A DNA stretch of 64,000 nucleotides from a virus. Its lineage: Duplodnaviria > Caudoviricetes. The notes below the pieces were generated by a model, which was given only the letters and a program-made list of their open reading frames with translations, ran no database searches and was not told the DNA's origin. How positions within the stretch are numbered: the stretch's first letter is position 1; each line of letters starts with the position of its first letter. The stretch covers positions 12,431 to 76,430 of the IMG/VR virus record IMGVR_UViG_2518645594_000001. One strand, written 5' to 3'. The translations under genes were made by a program, and so were the position numbers. Positions 8,727-19,312 of the stretch are shown here, one piece after another.

Positions 8727-11700
8727 TCAATCCCACTCGCCCATGCGGATACGACGGACACCGTTGATGACCATGTCGATACCCCTCCTGTTGTAAACGG
8801 TGTAGGCCGTTGCGGCCTTGTTGAGCAGGATCAGCGTGCCCGAGGCGAAGTCCATTCGCATGATCGGTGTTCCATCGTTGGCAAGTTCAGACGAGTTGAT
8901 CGAGCTACCGACAATAGCCCGCTGCACGGTGAGCTTTGAAATCAGGGCGTCATTCATAACCACCTGACCGTTTTCCGCCGTGAAGATGTTCACGAGCCCT
9001 TCTCCAACGGGGTTCAGCACCGAGAACCGGTTTGCCAGCACGACGAAGCTGGATTGGAACGTCCCGCCTTGGTTCTCAAGGCCCAGGCCAAAGCCGGCGG
9101 CGTAGTAGCTGCCTCCCGAGGTGAGCCCCAGCTTGACCGACCAAGTAGCGTTGACCTTCCCATCTAGGTTGGCTTGGGCCGTGCTGATCTGCTGTACGGC
9201 GGCATTGGTGCTGCCCAAGCTGCTCTGGACGCCATCGACTCGCTTGCCCATTGCAGTGTCAGCGCTTGCGCGGGTGGAAGCCTCGCTCTGAATCGCAGCG
9301 TTGGCATCTCCGACAGAGGACTGCAGTCCATTGATGCGCTGAGTCTCTGCTGCCAGCTTGTCGCCCTGCTGGGAAACGTTGACGCTGAGCGAATCGAAAG
9401 CCCTGCCTGATGCAGCCACCGACCTCCGACCGGCTGCGATGTAGGCAATGTCCACCTCGCCATTGGCATCACCCGAGTTGTACATGTCCAGGCGGATGGC
9501 CCAGATCTTCTTCCCATTCCAGCCGGCATGGCCAGAGAGGTCGAGCTCAATGTCCTGCCATTCTGCACTCGAGGTATTGATAGGCCAGTTGAATCGCCGA
9601 GCCTCGGCAAGTCCACCATCCTCGTTTGCCCAGTACATAGCCGCACTGGCCCGGCCGGTGTTGCGACGGCGCAGTCTGATGCGGATCAGCGGGTTCTCAG
9701 CACCATCGATAACCGGGAATGTGTTGGTAACCTGGATGGTCGTGAACTTGGCGACAGTTGCGTATTGAGGGCCAGCAGTCAGGGTTGCCCCGGATGTATT
9801 GGCCTTCCAACCCTCGACTGAGTTTGTGAACTCCCAGGTTTGCCCAGCCACGAATGGCAGAGCGTTGCCTATCTTCGCCTCCAGGTTAGTGATGCTGCTG
9901 GACTGAGCCGTCAACCCGCTTTCCGTAGCAGCGACGCGGTTGGCCACGCTGGTCAGCGCTGCGGTCGACGCCTTGCTGGCCAGGCCAGTGGAGCCGTTAT
10001 TGACGCTGTTCTCCAAGCTGGTCGTTCTGCCAGACACAGAGGTGATGTCCTTGCCCTGCTGACTAACGCTGGAGGTAAGGCCATCAACTGCCGTAGATAC
10101 GGCGCCGATCGCGTTGCTATTAACTTGGCCATTGTCGCGCCAGCCCGTGGGGCGTGAACCGTACTCGATCTGTGGCCTGGCCACTTCGAACGTACCGGCC
10201 ACTGTTCCACCAATCGCCGCGTGGGCCCGGTAGAAAACCCGAACCTTGGCAGCACCTGTCGGAGCGACCGATGTGAACGATATGCGGTCGCCGTCCACAG
10301 TCATCGGGACAACTGCCGTCGCAGGCGCGTTGATTACGGTACCGGCGGCGTTGATCCACTGGTGAAAAATCCTCATCCCCAAGTCGCCGGAATCTGACGT
10401 CTTCCGTACGTAGATCGACGAGGTGACAGTTTGACCAGGCGCAACTGCAGGTGCTCTCTCGCTGGCTGTGACCAGCGAAGTGTACGGGTTACCTGATGCC
10501 GTGCTGCCAACGCCGGTGGTACTGCATCGATATGCATTTTCAGCAGCGTTCAGCCAGGAACTGACCATTGACGGCGTATAGGTTGCCGTCCCTTCCGGTA
10601 CCCACCCGTCAGGGTTGTTTCCTGTAGCCGCACCCAGTTTTGTGAAAGCTGGGTTGTAGAACAGGTTTTCCCCGCCCACGTCGCCGATCGAGTTGTCGAG
10701 CTGAGTTAGCCGACCACTGACTGATGTCAGGCCCTCCTCCGTGTTGGATACGCGACCGGATACGCTGCTGATCGCTACGGCGTTTGCTTGCGCTGCGCTT
10801 TGAGCGTTCTTGGCGTTGTCCTTCCAGGCACTGACCACGGTGGATAATTCAGCCTGGGCGCGATCAATCTCGTAGTAGCCGTCACTGGCAGTACCACCCA
10901 AAGGCCCTCTGACGCGTAAAAGAAGGTCCGCCCCAATCGTCCCAGCTGGAGCGGGAGCGCCCGTGAAGACTGGTCGGTTCCATGCGTCGCTCAGAATGGT
11001 TCGAAGCGGCCCATGCGTCCCGACCGTGGCCCCACCGCTGTTCTTGTATTGCAGATAGATCTCGCTGACCAGATCCTGGGTTCCCCGGACATACGCCGAC
11101 ACTGTCAGCACCTGCCCTGGCGCCATGGATATCCAGCTTGCGTTCGGTAGCGCAACGTCCACATACGCAGAGCCGGACAGTCCCTTGGCATCGACACGCT
11201 GCGCTTTACCGCGAGGATCCAAGGTTGACGGCACCAACGACAGGAGCCGATTAGGTGCAGCCAGCGAGGAGCCGACCCGCCAGCCATCAGCAAGGCCAGC
11301 AGTTGGCCCTTCTACCTCAAACGAAGGGTTAGGCAGCAGGTTCTCACCGCCAACCTGGCCGAGCGATGCATTGATACCAGTGATCGCCTCGCCAGCGGCG
11401 GTGATGGCTGTACCCTGTTGCTCTACCTTATTCGTGAGGCTCTGAACGGTAGAGGCATCAGCCTTTGTCGCCACTTGGCTCAGGGCATTGCCCGCTGCTG
11501 TTGCGGCGTCCGTGGCTACCTTGTCCGAGACTGCCTGCCATGCAGAGCCGTTCCAACGCTTCGGTGTGTTTCCGCCCCCTGTGGTATCGATCCAAAGGTT
11601 CTGGATCTGCTGGTTAATGGCTGAAGGTGTTGAGTTTTGGACGATCACTTTGCCCTTGGCATCAGCGAGGCTGTATGCGTCTTGGGCAGCCTTCTGCGCG

Positions 11701-14700
11701 GCTGACACATTACCGTTGGCCGTATTGAGCCCACCCTGCAAGCTCACGATCGACTGGCCCTGGCTGGATAGCTTTCCTTCTGCTTCGGTAACAGCATTGC
11801 TCAGAGTGGACACGGCTTCTGCCGAGGCCGAGGCGGAACGCCTACCAACGGCGATGTAAGCGATATCGATCTCGCCGCTTGTATCGCCGGAGTTCATCAT
11901 GTCCAGGCGGATGGCGTAGATTTTCTTGCCGTTCCACCCGGCATGGCCGGATAAGCCAAGCTCGATGTCCTGCCAATCCGTGGTGGTGGTGCTGATGAAC
12001 CACCCAAAGCGCCTTGCCTCGGCCAACCCACCGTCTTCGTTCGCCCAATACATCTGAGCACCCGCCCGGCTGGTATTACGCCGGCGTAGCCTGATCCGCA
12101 GATAGGGGTTCTCTGCGCCTGCAACGACTGGGGTGAAATTGCATTGAAGGTTCGGGTTTGCAGTCACGGTAGCAAACAGCGGGCCCGCGGTTATCGTCCC
12201 GTTGGTAGCGGTCGCCACCCAGCCCTTGGTCGAGCCGGTAAATTCCCAGGCACGGCCAGCCACGAATGGTTGGGCAGCACCAACGCTGTTTTTCAACTGC
12301 GTGATGTCAGTGCTCTGGCTGCTCAGCGCCCCTTCGGCAACCTCTACCCGATTACCCAAGGACTGCACAGCCGATGCATCAGCCTTCTTGCTCACGCTGT
12401 CGGTCAGCGAGGTGAGCGCCTGGCTTTGCGAGCTGATGAGCTGATCTTGGGCCTTGTCCTTGTCCTCGGTCGCTGTCACACGGCTGGTGACCTGCTGCAG
12501 CGCCTGCGAGCTGGCCTTGCCGTCGATGCTGGTCTGCATGCCGTCCATGCGGGTGGCTTGCGACGACAGTTTTCCCTCGGCATCGCTGACGCGGGTAGTC
12601 AGGCTGCTGACTACCGAGGCATCGGCTTTGGTCTGGGCCAGAGCCAGTGCGCCAGCGGCAGCTGCTGCTGCATCGGTGGCCACCTTGTCCGTCACAGCGA
12701 CCCACGCCGAGCCGCTCCAGCGCTTCGGCGTGTTGGCATTGCTGGTGGTATCGATCCACAGGTTCTGCGCCAGACGATCAGCAACAGCAGGCGCTGCCGA
12801 TTGAACAATGACCTTGCCCTTCCCGCCCGCCAGCGTGGCCGCATCCTGAGCAGCCTGCTGGGCAGCCGAGACGTTGCCATTGGTGGTGGTCAGGCTCGAC
12901 TGCAGCCCGCTGATCTGAGACGCCTGGGCGGTCACCTTGCCATCCAGCGTGGATACATCGGTCTCGACCTTGGAAACGCGCGCAGCCATACCATTGGCAG
13001 TCACCACCGCCTGGCCAACATCGGTCCAGTAGGTGGCGTTCGGCGGTGGCGTGTTCAGCGGTACCGCTTTCAGGGCCTGGTACAACTTGCCATCGCTGCC
13101 TAGGGCGCTTTGGCCGACGCTGTAGGCCTTGTCCTTGCGGTATGGCAGAGAGCCGGCCAGGGCCGAGACGTTGGCGATCTGCTGCTGCAGCTCGGTCTTG
13201 GCAGCCGAAACGTCCGCGCTCACGGCCGTGATTTGCTGCTCGAGATTGCCCTTCACGGTGCCAAGGGCGTTGTTCACGTCGCTGATCTGCTTGGCCAGCT
13301 CAGTCTTGGCGGTGCCTATCCGCTCGTTAACCGAGCCTGGGCCGTTGCCATCGATAAGCGCAATCTTTTCGATCTTGCTGGTGAGCTCCTTGCCCAGTTC
13401 GCTCTCGGTGATCTGGTCCTTGATCTGCTCGAGGATCGGGCCAGCATCGGCACTGGCAATACCGGTAACCACAGTCGGCGCCACCGGGTAGAACGGGCCC
13501 ACGTTGCCGGACCGGTCCACCAGGCGTGCCCAGAAGAAGAAGCGCTGCCCCGCGCGCAGACCCTGCATGACGTGCTCGCTCTGCGGGTAGGCCAGGTCGG
13601 CAAGTTTGGTTGCCGCGCCGAGGTCGGTGCCTTCGCTGTACCACAGTTCAGTACGCTCGGTGTCTTCAGCGCCGGCAGGCAGGCCCCACTTGATGCCAAT
13701 GCCGAACAGCAAGCTCTCGGTTGCCAGGAAGGTGACCGCCGGCGGCAAACCTTCCTTGCCGTTCAGCTGGGTCAGGTCAGAGCTTTTCCAGATCGAGGTG
13801 ATATCGAACGCGCTGACCGAACGGACGCGAGCCAGGTAAGCGCCAGCGTAGATACCCACAACGTCCACAGACGCGGCACCAGTGCGTTGCAGGCGGATCC
13901 AGTTGCCGTTGTCCTTGCGCCACTCGACATCGTAGGCCACAGCGCCCGCCACTGCCGGCCAGGCTATGGTCATGGTACTGACCGCGATGCCCTGGTCGAT
14001 CATGTGGCCAGACGACAGCGATACGCTGGCCGGAGGCGCCACGGTGGTCACCGGAATGACGCTGATCGGACGCTCGTCCAGCTTCGCGCCGGTGTCGATT
14101 GCGGCGAACTTGCTCGGGTTGAACTCGAGCGCAGTGATTTCGTAGTTGCCCTCCTGAGTGCGGGTGGTCTTGAGCACCCGGAACAGCTGTACTGCCAGGT
14201 CGTCGTAGTCGATCGCCCATTGCAACTCAGGCTCAGGCTGCAGGCTGTACTCAGTTGTGACGGTCACCGCCCGGCCCGCGACAGAGTGCACGGTCCGCGC
14301 CAGGGCGGTACCGTTGGGCAGGTTCACGATCAGCCGGTCGCCGGCCTTGATCGGGGTGTCACGGTCCAGCGTCACGACGCGGCCAGCGGCGGAGGAAATG
14401 CGGCCGCCGTTTGGCCGGCCTGCTACCAACTCGTCCGCCACGGGAATGACGAACCCAGGCAGCGGGATACGGCCTTCCATGCCGGTCTTGAACGTAACGG
14501 TGCGATCCTGGCTATTGCTCAGCAGCGCCCATTTACCGCGGCGCTGGGCCTCGGATGCCCGGGTGCAGCCAATCGCCGAGAGCTCGATTGGGCGGTCCCG
14601 GTACCGGCGCTGCAGCGCGTTGTCGGACACCGGAATAACGTCGGTGTCGTAGTTGTTGGCTGGGTTGTCGTAGCTGACTAGGGCCCGGCTGTAGTGCGTG

Positions 14701-15905
14701 CTGCGCTCGGCGCCGCCATACACGAACTCACCGTCGATCACGTTCGACCGGGTGAAGACGTAGTCGATATCCTGCGCACGCGGCATGTCCGCCTGCATGA
14801 ACAGCGAACCGTGGGCCCAATACACCATGCCCCGATAGATCGCCGACAGGTCGCGCAGCAGCGTCCAGGCCTCGGCACGGCCCTGCAGGTTCATGTCGCA
14901 GAGGAAGCGTGGTTCTTGGCCACCCACACCGTTCGGTACACGCTGGTCGCAGTACTGGGCGATGCGGTACATCTCCCACTTGTCGACCATCCACGGCTTG
15001 ATGCGCTTGCCCAGGCCGAAGCGGTCTTCCACGCACAGGCCATAGGTCACGAAGGCAGGGTTGTTGGTCCAGGCCAGCTTGAACGTGCCGTCCCAGACAC
15101 CGCTGTAGGTGCGGGTGATCGGGTCATAGGTGCTTGGCACCGGCCAGCGCTTGGCCTTGCACTTGACCGTCACCGCGGGGATGTTCTGGAACTGCTGGGC
15201 ATCGAACTCGATGTACAGCAAGGCTGTATTCGGGTACCGGATCTTCTGATCGATGATCTCGGTGTAGCCCGCCACGGTCATGGTATCGGCCACGGTACCG
15301 CTGTTAGCGTTCGGCGTGAGTCGGCGTACGCGCAGCATCCACCCGGAAGTTGCCTTGGACAGATTCACGCGCACCGAGCGCTGGTAGCCGTTGGTGGACT
15401 TGCCATCCACGGCGCCAAGATGAGCCTCGACATAAGCGCCACCGTCTGTAGCGATATCGATCGCGTACTCAATGCGATAGCCCCTGGTGTCGCCGTTGCT
15501 TTCCTGCTTGGCCAGGCGCGGCCATGACATGCGCACGCGAACAGCCGAAAGCTGGGTGTTGCTCAGGGCGCGAGTGAACGGGTTGTCACTGCGCAGCTCA
15601 ACGTTGACGGAGGTTTCGTTCTCCACCGACGGGATGCCCTGGATGTAGCTCTGCTCAACGGAGCCCGGGCGCCATTCCCATTTCACACCCGGGAAGTTCA
15701 CATTGCCGCTGGCATCAGCGATCGGGGTATTGTCGAGGTAGATGTCCCGGTCGGTGGGCACCCCATCGAATTCGCCTTCGCCCACGGCCAGCAGGATCTT
15801 GGCGATGTTCGTGGAGCGCAGGCTGTCCGGAGACTCCACGGCCTGTTTTGGCTGGCTCTCGCCGCCCTTGGCGCCGAAAATTTCCAGGTGATCTACTGGG
15901 CCCAT
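8727..15905 (-). CDS. Tail tip / host-specificity protein J (FN3, carbohydrate-binding modules, DUF1983-like C-terminus)
   Basis: Lambda J-like N-terminus (GEGE, WTNNPA, TFKTG), internal duplicated modules, YYAAGFGLG...SFVVLANRFSV C-terminus. Confidence 0.92.
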   Translation of the reverse strand: MGPVDHLEIFGAKGGESQPKQAVESPDSLRSTNIAKILLAVGEGEFDGVPTDRDIYLDNTPIADASGNVNFPGVKWEWRPGSVEQSYIQGIPSVENETSVNVELRSDNPFTRALSNTQLSAVRVRMSWPRLAKQESNGDTRGYRIEYAIDIATDGGAYVEAHLGAVDGKSTNGYQRSVRVNLSKATSGWMLRVRRLTPNANSGTVADTMTVAGYTEIIDQKIRYPNTALLYIEFDAQQFQNIPAVTVKCKAKRWPVPSTYDPITRTYSGVWDGTFKLAWTNNPAFVTYGLCVEDRFGLGKRIKPWMVDKWEMYRIAQYCDQRVPNGVGGQEPRFLCDMNLQGRAEAWTLLRDLSAIYRGMVYWAHGSLFMQADMPRAQDIDYVFTRSNVIDGEFVYGGAERSTHYSRALVSYDNPANNYDTDVIPVSDNALQRRYRDRPIELSAIGCTRASEAQRRGKWALLSNSQDRTVTFKTGMEGRIPLPGFVIPVADELVAGRPNGGRISSAAGRVVTLDRDTPIKAGDRLIVNLPNGTALARTVHSVAGRAVTVTTEYSLQPEPELQWAIDYDDLAVQLFRVLKTTRTQEGNYEITALEFNPSKFAAIDTGAKLDERPISVIPVTTVAPPASVSLSSGHMIDQGIAVSTMTIAWPAVAGAVAYDVEWRKDNGNWIRLQRTGAASVDVVGIYAGAYLARVRSVSAFDITSIWKSSDLTQLNGKEGLPPAVTFLATESLLFGIGIKWGLPAGAEDTERTELWYSEGTDLGAATKLADLAYPQSEHVMQGLRAGQRFFFWARLVDRSGNVGPFYPVAPTVVTGIASADAGPILEQIKDQITESELGKELTSKIEKIALIDGNGPGSVNERIGTAKTELAKQISDVNNALGTVKGNLEQQITAVSADVSAAKTELQQQIANVSALAGSLPYRKDKAYSVGQSALGSDGKLYQALKAVPLNTPPPNATYWTDVGQAVVTANGMAARVSKVETDVSTLDGKVTAQASQISGLQSSLTTTNGNVSAAQQAAQDAATLAGGKGKVIVQSAAPAVADRLAQNLWIDTTSNANTPKRWSGSAWVAVTDKVATDAAAAAAGALALAQTKADASVVSSLTTRVSDAEGKLSSQATRMDGMQTSIDGKASSQALQQVTSRVTATEDKDKAQDQLISSQSQALTSLTDSVSKKADASAVQSLGNRVEVAEGALSSQSTDITQLKNSVGAAQPFVAGRAWEFTGSTKGWVATATNGTITAGPLFATVTANPNLQCNFTPVVAGAENPYLRIRLRRRNTSRAGAQMYWANEDGGLAEARRFGWFISTTTTDWQDIELGLSGHAGWNGKKIYAIRLDMMNSGDTSGEIDIAYIAVGRRSASASAEAVSTLSNAVTEAEGKLSSQGQSIVSLQGGLNTANGNVSAAQKAAQDAYSLADAKGKVIVQNSTPSAINQQIQNLWIDTTGGGNTPKRWNGSAWQAVSDKVATDAATAAGNALSQVATKADASTVQSLTNKVEQQGTAITAAGEAITGINASLGQVGGENLLPNPSFEVEGPTAGLADGWRVGSSLAAPNRLLSLVPSTLDPRGKAQRVDAKGLSGSAYVDVALPNASWISMAPGQVLTVSAYVRGTQDLVSEIYLQYKNSGGATVGTHGPLRTILSDAWNRPVFTGAPAPAGTIGADLLLRVRGPLGGTASDGYYEIDRAQAELSTVVSAWKDNAKNAQSAAQANAVAISSVSGRVSNTEEGLTSVSGRLTQLDNSIGDVGGENLFYNPAFTKLGAATGNNPDGWVPEGTATYTPSMVSSWLNAAENAYRCSTTGVGSTASGNPYTSLVTASERAPAVAPGQTVTSSIYVRKTSDSGDLGMRIFHQWINAAGTVINAPATAVVPMTVDGDRISFTSVAPTGAAKVRVFYRAHAAIGGTVAGTFEVARPQIEYGSRPTGWRDNGQVNSNAIGAVSTAVDGLTSSVSQQGKDITSVSGRTTSLENSVNNGSTGLASKASTAALTSVANRVAATESGLTAQSSSITNLEAKIGNALPFVAGQTWEFTNSVEGWKANTSGATLTAGPQYATVAKFTTIQVTNTFPVIDGAENPLIRIRLRRRNTGRASAAMYWANEDGGLAEARRFNWPINTSSAEWQDIELDLSGHAGWNGKKIWAIRLDMYNSGDANGEVDIAYIAAGRRSVAASGRAFDSLSVNVSQQGDKLAAETQRINGLQSSVGDANAAIQSEASTRASADTAMGKRVDGVQSSLGSTNAAVQQISTAQANLDGKVNATWSVKLGLTSGGSYYAAGFGLGLENQGGTFQSSFVVLANRFSVLNPVGEGLVNIFTAENGQVVMNDALISKLTVQRAIVGSSINSSELANDGTPIMRMDFASGTLILLNKAATAYTVYNRRGIDMVINGVRRIRMGEWD

Positions 15906-15961
15906 GCTTTCCTCCGGGCGAAAAAAAACCGCCAACTGGCGGTCTGTGCATTCTTTTGGCG

Positions 15962-16537
15962 CTATGCCTTGTCCTGCGCCTCGATCGAGGCGGAGATAAT
16001 CGCCCCACCCCAGCGTCGTTCGCCGATGCAGATCGGGACAGGGTTGCCGCTGGCTGTTGTGTTCTTGGCGCTACCGAAGGCGTACGACGGTAGGTTTTCT
16101 GGCGCTGCGCTTTGGGATAGGCCCTTGGCCTGGGGGCTGAGCATTTGAACGACTCCGCCGGCAACCATGGCAATACCGACCGGCATCAAGGGAGCGTAGA
16201 AGAATCCTGCAACGATCAGAACTATGCCAATAATCGTCTGCAGTACGCCGGCGCGCTTACGCCCCTCGACAACAGGGACGATCCTGATTTCCTGTGCTCC
16301 GCTTCGATCAAATTCTTTTTCACCGACGTTCCTTCTATTGCGAAAGATGGCGAATCTCATGCCTAACCGGTCGAGCCTTTTGATCTCATCCTCGAACCCT
16401 GGGAGGGTTATCTTTAGAGCCTTGAACGCCTCCCATGTATTACCCGAATCCAGAATTTTTGGGTGGGATCTGCCAAATTTCTGCGCAAGCGAGCCTGACA
16501 GCTTGATGTTTACACGATGTTGGGCGAATGCCGACAT
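15962..16537 (-). CDS. Tail assembly protein I
   Basis: IRIVPVVEG...SYAFGSAKNTTASGNPVPICIGERRWGGAIISA. Confidence 0.9.
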   Translation of the reverse strand: MSAFAQHRVNIKLSGSLAQKFGRSHPKILDSGNTWEAFKALKITLPGFEDEIKRLDRLGMRFAIFRNRRNVGEKEFDRSGAQEIRIVPVVEGRKRAGVLQTIIGIVLIVAGFFYAPLMPVGIAMVAGGVVQMLSPQAKGLSQSAAPENLPSYAFGSAKNTTASGNPVPICIGERRWGGAIISASIEAQDKA

Positions 16538-16577
16538 TTTTCCTCCAGACATGAAAAAGCCGCCCGGAGGCGGCTGT

Positions 16578-16997
16578 TTAGAAGGTGGTGGGCTTGACGC
16601 TCACACCTCCATCTCCGGAGGTGTAGATACGATACTTTTTGGTTTGGCCAGGCTTAATCGAGGCCTCTGCTTCAAGACGTTCTGCGTTCATACCGCAGAG
16701 TGCTTTGCCTTCCAGTGAGGCACCGACCATCCACTCCCCTGCCGGAACGTTGAAGTAAGCCTTTTCCTTGGGATTTAGCCGCGCAACAGGCTCGCCGTTG
16801 ATGAACACAGTGGCATAGCAGCCACCACCCGGGAATCCGCTATCACGGGTGACGATGATCTGCCCACCCCCGGTCACGCTGGACTGGTATCGCGTAACCC
16901 GATCACTTGGCGCTTGCTTAGCTTGGCTCAGTGGTACGGGTGAGGTGGCGCATCCTGCCAAAAACGCCAGACCCATTGAACAGATGAGAATTCGCAT
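16578..16997 (-). CDS. Lipoprotein moron between K and I
   Basis: Lipobox LAGC-ATSP; VTRDSG..GGGC; own terminator at 16553-16578. Confidence 0.8.
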   Translation of the reverse strand: MRILICSMGLAFLAGCATSPVPLSQAKQAPSDRVTRYQSSVTGGGQIIVTRDSGFPGGGCYATVFINGEPVARLNPKEKAYFNVPAGEWMVGASLEGKALCGMNAERLEAEASIKPGQTKKYRIYTSGDGGVSVKPTTF

Positions 16998-17040
16998 GAT
17001 CACAACCCCCTAACTACTCCCGCTATAGATTTATTAATAC

Positions 17041-17655
17041 CTACTTCACCATATCTAGAATTCGAGCCTCTAGAGTCCCCTTTGCGTAACACGTCAAGTC
17101 TGGGGATGCGTACGGACTCTTGGTTGAGAAATCAATCGTCGTAGGATTCAATGTTGCGGATGAACCGTCAAAACCATAGATTTTTGCGTTGACGGTAAAT
17201 ACGTATTTGGTATTAACAGAGATATCGGTTCCGCCTTTTCCTGGCGCAACATAAATATTTACGCGGCCTTCTAGCTTTGTATCTCGGCTGACGTTAAACG
17301 CAGCATTTTGATTTGTTGTAGCAAATTTCGCAGAATCTGCCGTAACGTAATTATAAACTTGCTCGCCTCTAGCATTACTAAACTTCCGTGAAGTAGACCC
17401 ACAATCTACATACTCTGATGGCCGCGACGCCGAGAAACTAACGTTAATCAGTCGAGAACTCTTATCAATGTTATTGATAATGAAGAAATCTGAACTGAGC
17501 TGGCGGACCAGCTCGTCCCAAGACTTTTCAAAGTCAGTAGAGACGCTTCTGGTGTTAGCGATCGCTGTAGAAGCTGGGGGGCTGTAATCCATGGAAGATG
17601 ATGCGCACCCAGCCAATGTGCCAACCGCCAAGAGCAAAACTACTTTACTATACAT
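17041..17655 (-). CDS. AT-rich lipoprotein moron
   Basis: Lipobox LAGC; AAGGAG RBS; low GC. Confidence 0.8.
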   Translation of the reverse strand: MYSKVVLLLAVGTLAGCASSSMDYSPPASTAIANTRSVSTDFEKSWDELVRQLSSDFFIINNIDKSSRLINVSFSASRPSEYVDCGSTSRKFSNARGEQVYNYVTADSAKFATTNQNAAFNVSRDTKLEGRVNIYVAPGKGGTDISVNTKYVFTVNAKIYGFDGSSATLNPTTIDFSTKSPYASPDLTCYAKGTLEARILDMVK

Positions 17656-17771
17656 GCCGCGCTCCTTGAATGAGCGCTAAAAAATATCATAGAGCCATAC
17701 ATCTACGATAGCATAATGATAGCTAGGGTGCTTTAGGACGGCGACTCTATTATCGACCCGCCAGTTGAGCG

Positions 17772-18551
17772 TTAGCACCCTCTCACCAGTGCCTCAATTC
17801 CCTCGCCTTTATGTCGCAACACAAGGCGCGTCCGGTCGAACCAAGGCCCCCCGTAGACGATGATTTCTGATGGTCTTCCAAGAATGTGGTGCAGCATGAA
17901 CGGGCCTGGCCCGAATACCTCAGCGCTCTCGCCTGGCAGTTGCGGGTCAGAGCCCAAATAGATTCCGGCATGATTGGGGTGAGCGGTGCGCCCCACAGAC
18001 ATGACGATCAAGTCACCACGCTGCGGCTCGCTCACCTGATAGAAGCCAGCAGCGTCATAGGCCTGTTCGTACAGGCTCGGCCCGTCGGCGTTCTCCCACC
18101 AGCCCTCCTCTCGAGCGTAGGCGGGAAACTCCAACCCCCATTCACGCTGGTACCAGTCGGCGCAGGTCTGCCAGCAGTCCCAGGCACCGTGTACAAACGG
18201 GCGACCCAGCAGTGGTGTATTACCCGTGGGCGTGATCGTGCGCAGGTCACCCTCCGGCCAAGACAATATGTACCAAGGCAGGCCCGTGGCCTCGCACATG
18301 GCCAAGTCCCGCGGAGACGGCCTGCTGGTGGCGTCAGGATGCGAGTGAAAGATTCCAATCACCTCGCCCGAGTCTTCGGCCTCGGCGTACTGTTCAGGTG
18401 CAATCCGGAATTCCTCAGTCGGATCATTGGATGCGTTGGTGCACGGGTGATAGACCTGCCTTCGGCCAACCTGCAGCAGTAGACCGCAGCACTCACGGGG
18501 GTATTCAGCCGCTGCGTGCGCTTGCACGGTGGCGAGAATGTGTTTACGCAT
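17772..18551 (-). CDS. Tail assembly protein K (JAB + NlpC/P60)
   Basis: YPRECCG, HSHPD...PS..D, WDCW, NHAGIYLG. Confidence 0.92.
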   Translation of the reverse strand: MRKHILATVQAHAAAEYPRECCGLLLQVGRRQVYHPCTNASNDPTEEFRIAPEQYAEAEDSGEVIGIFHSHPDATSRPSPRDLAMCEATGLPWYILSWPEGDLRTITPTGNTPLLGRPFVHGAWDCWQTCADWYQREWGLEFPAYAREEGWWENADGPSLYEQAYDAAGFYQVSEPQRGDLIVMSVGRTAHPNHAGIYLGSDPQLPGESAEVFGPGPFMLHHILGRPSEIIVYGGPWFDRTRLVLRHKGEGIEALVRGC

Positions 18552-18553
18552 GG

Positions 18554-19303
18554 TCAGCTCCGGGCGATCAGCGAGACGGCAGGGAAACCGCCGAAGGGAA
18601 GTTCGTTGCCCTGGCCATGCCGGACGGTGCAGCCGGTGTCCAGGCAGCCGTTGCACTGGTCCTTAGTTGGGTCTGACGTAGGGTTTCCGTCCATGTCGTA
18701 GTAGGGGCCGGTGTAGCCACAGTTCGGCCCCCGGTACCCTGCCGTCATCGCCCAATGGCATAGCTGCGTCATCTGACGCCCAATCGTCTCACCACCCACA
18801 TCGCCCGGGCTTGCAAGCTCCCAGGCTACAGTCGTGCCGCTCTCGGACACTTTCTGGTCGATGTACCAGACTTCGATTGCCTCCTCTGCCGGATCTGCTG
18901 AGGGGTTGCCGCCGGGGAAGTTCGCAGCGTCCAGGTAATCAGCGAAGGTGTGCCGTATGGTCAGCTTGAACTCGAGCAAGTTGTCGAAGGCCAAGCACAG
19001 CGCGGTGATCCGGCCATTGACGTTGCCCACGCTGAACGTCGGCCGCACCGCAGTGCCGTCGGAGTTTGCCTCGATGCCTTCGATCCGCACTGGCCAGGCG
19101 CTGTACTCGTTGTCCTGCCACCAGATTGACTTGGCCTGCAGCTGATCGGCATTGGCGCCGGCTGCTCGCAACTCCTCGGGGGTATGAGGAATCGCATGGC
19201 CATGGAAGCGAAGGGTGTCGGCGCCGAAGTCCGAACCGTCGAGTTCGAACAGCAGCACCTCGTTGCCAGGCTCCAGGGTCTGGATGTCCTTGATCAGTGA
19301 CAT
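18554..19303 (-). CDS. Minor tail protein L
   Basis: Y.AWP...G, C.W...YRG.NCGY, C...C..R, PFGGFP. Confidence 0.92.
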   Translation of the reverse strand: MSLIKDIQTLEPGNEVLLFELDGSDFGADTLRFHGHAIPHTPEELRAAGANADQLQAKSIWWQDNEYSAWPVRIEGIEANSDGTAVRPTFSVGNVNGRITALCLAFDNLLEFKLTIRHTFADYLDAANFPGGNPSADPAEEAIEVWYIDQKVSESGTTVAWELASPGDVGGETIGRQMTQLCHWAMTAGYRGPNCGYTGPYYDMDGNPTSDPTKDQCNGCLDTGCTVRHGQGNELPFGGFPAVSLIARS

Positions 19304-19312
19304 GCTGGTTCC

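Noticed and set aside
9400-12900. Repeats in the tail-tip gene as DGR template/variable repeats or an invertible shufflon
   Set aside because: No reverse transcriptase or invertase in the window; the repeats are direct, in frame and differ at all base types rather than only at adenines
13110-14681. Long plus-strand ORFs opposite structural genes (523 aa here; also 12144-13103, 27577-28614)
   Set aside because: Antisense shadows of GC3-biased real genes; no RBS or recognisable motifs
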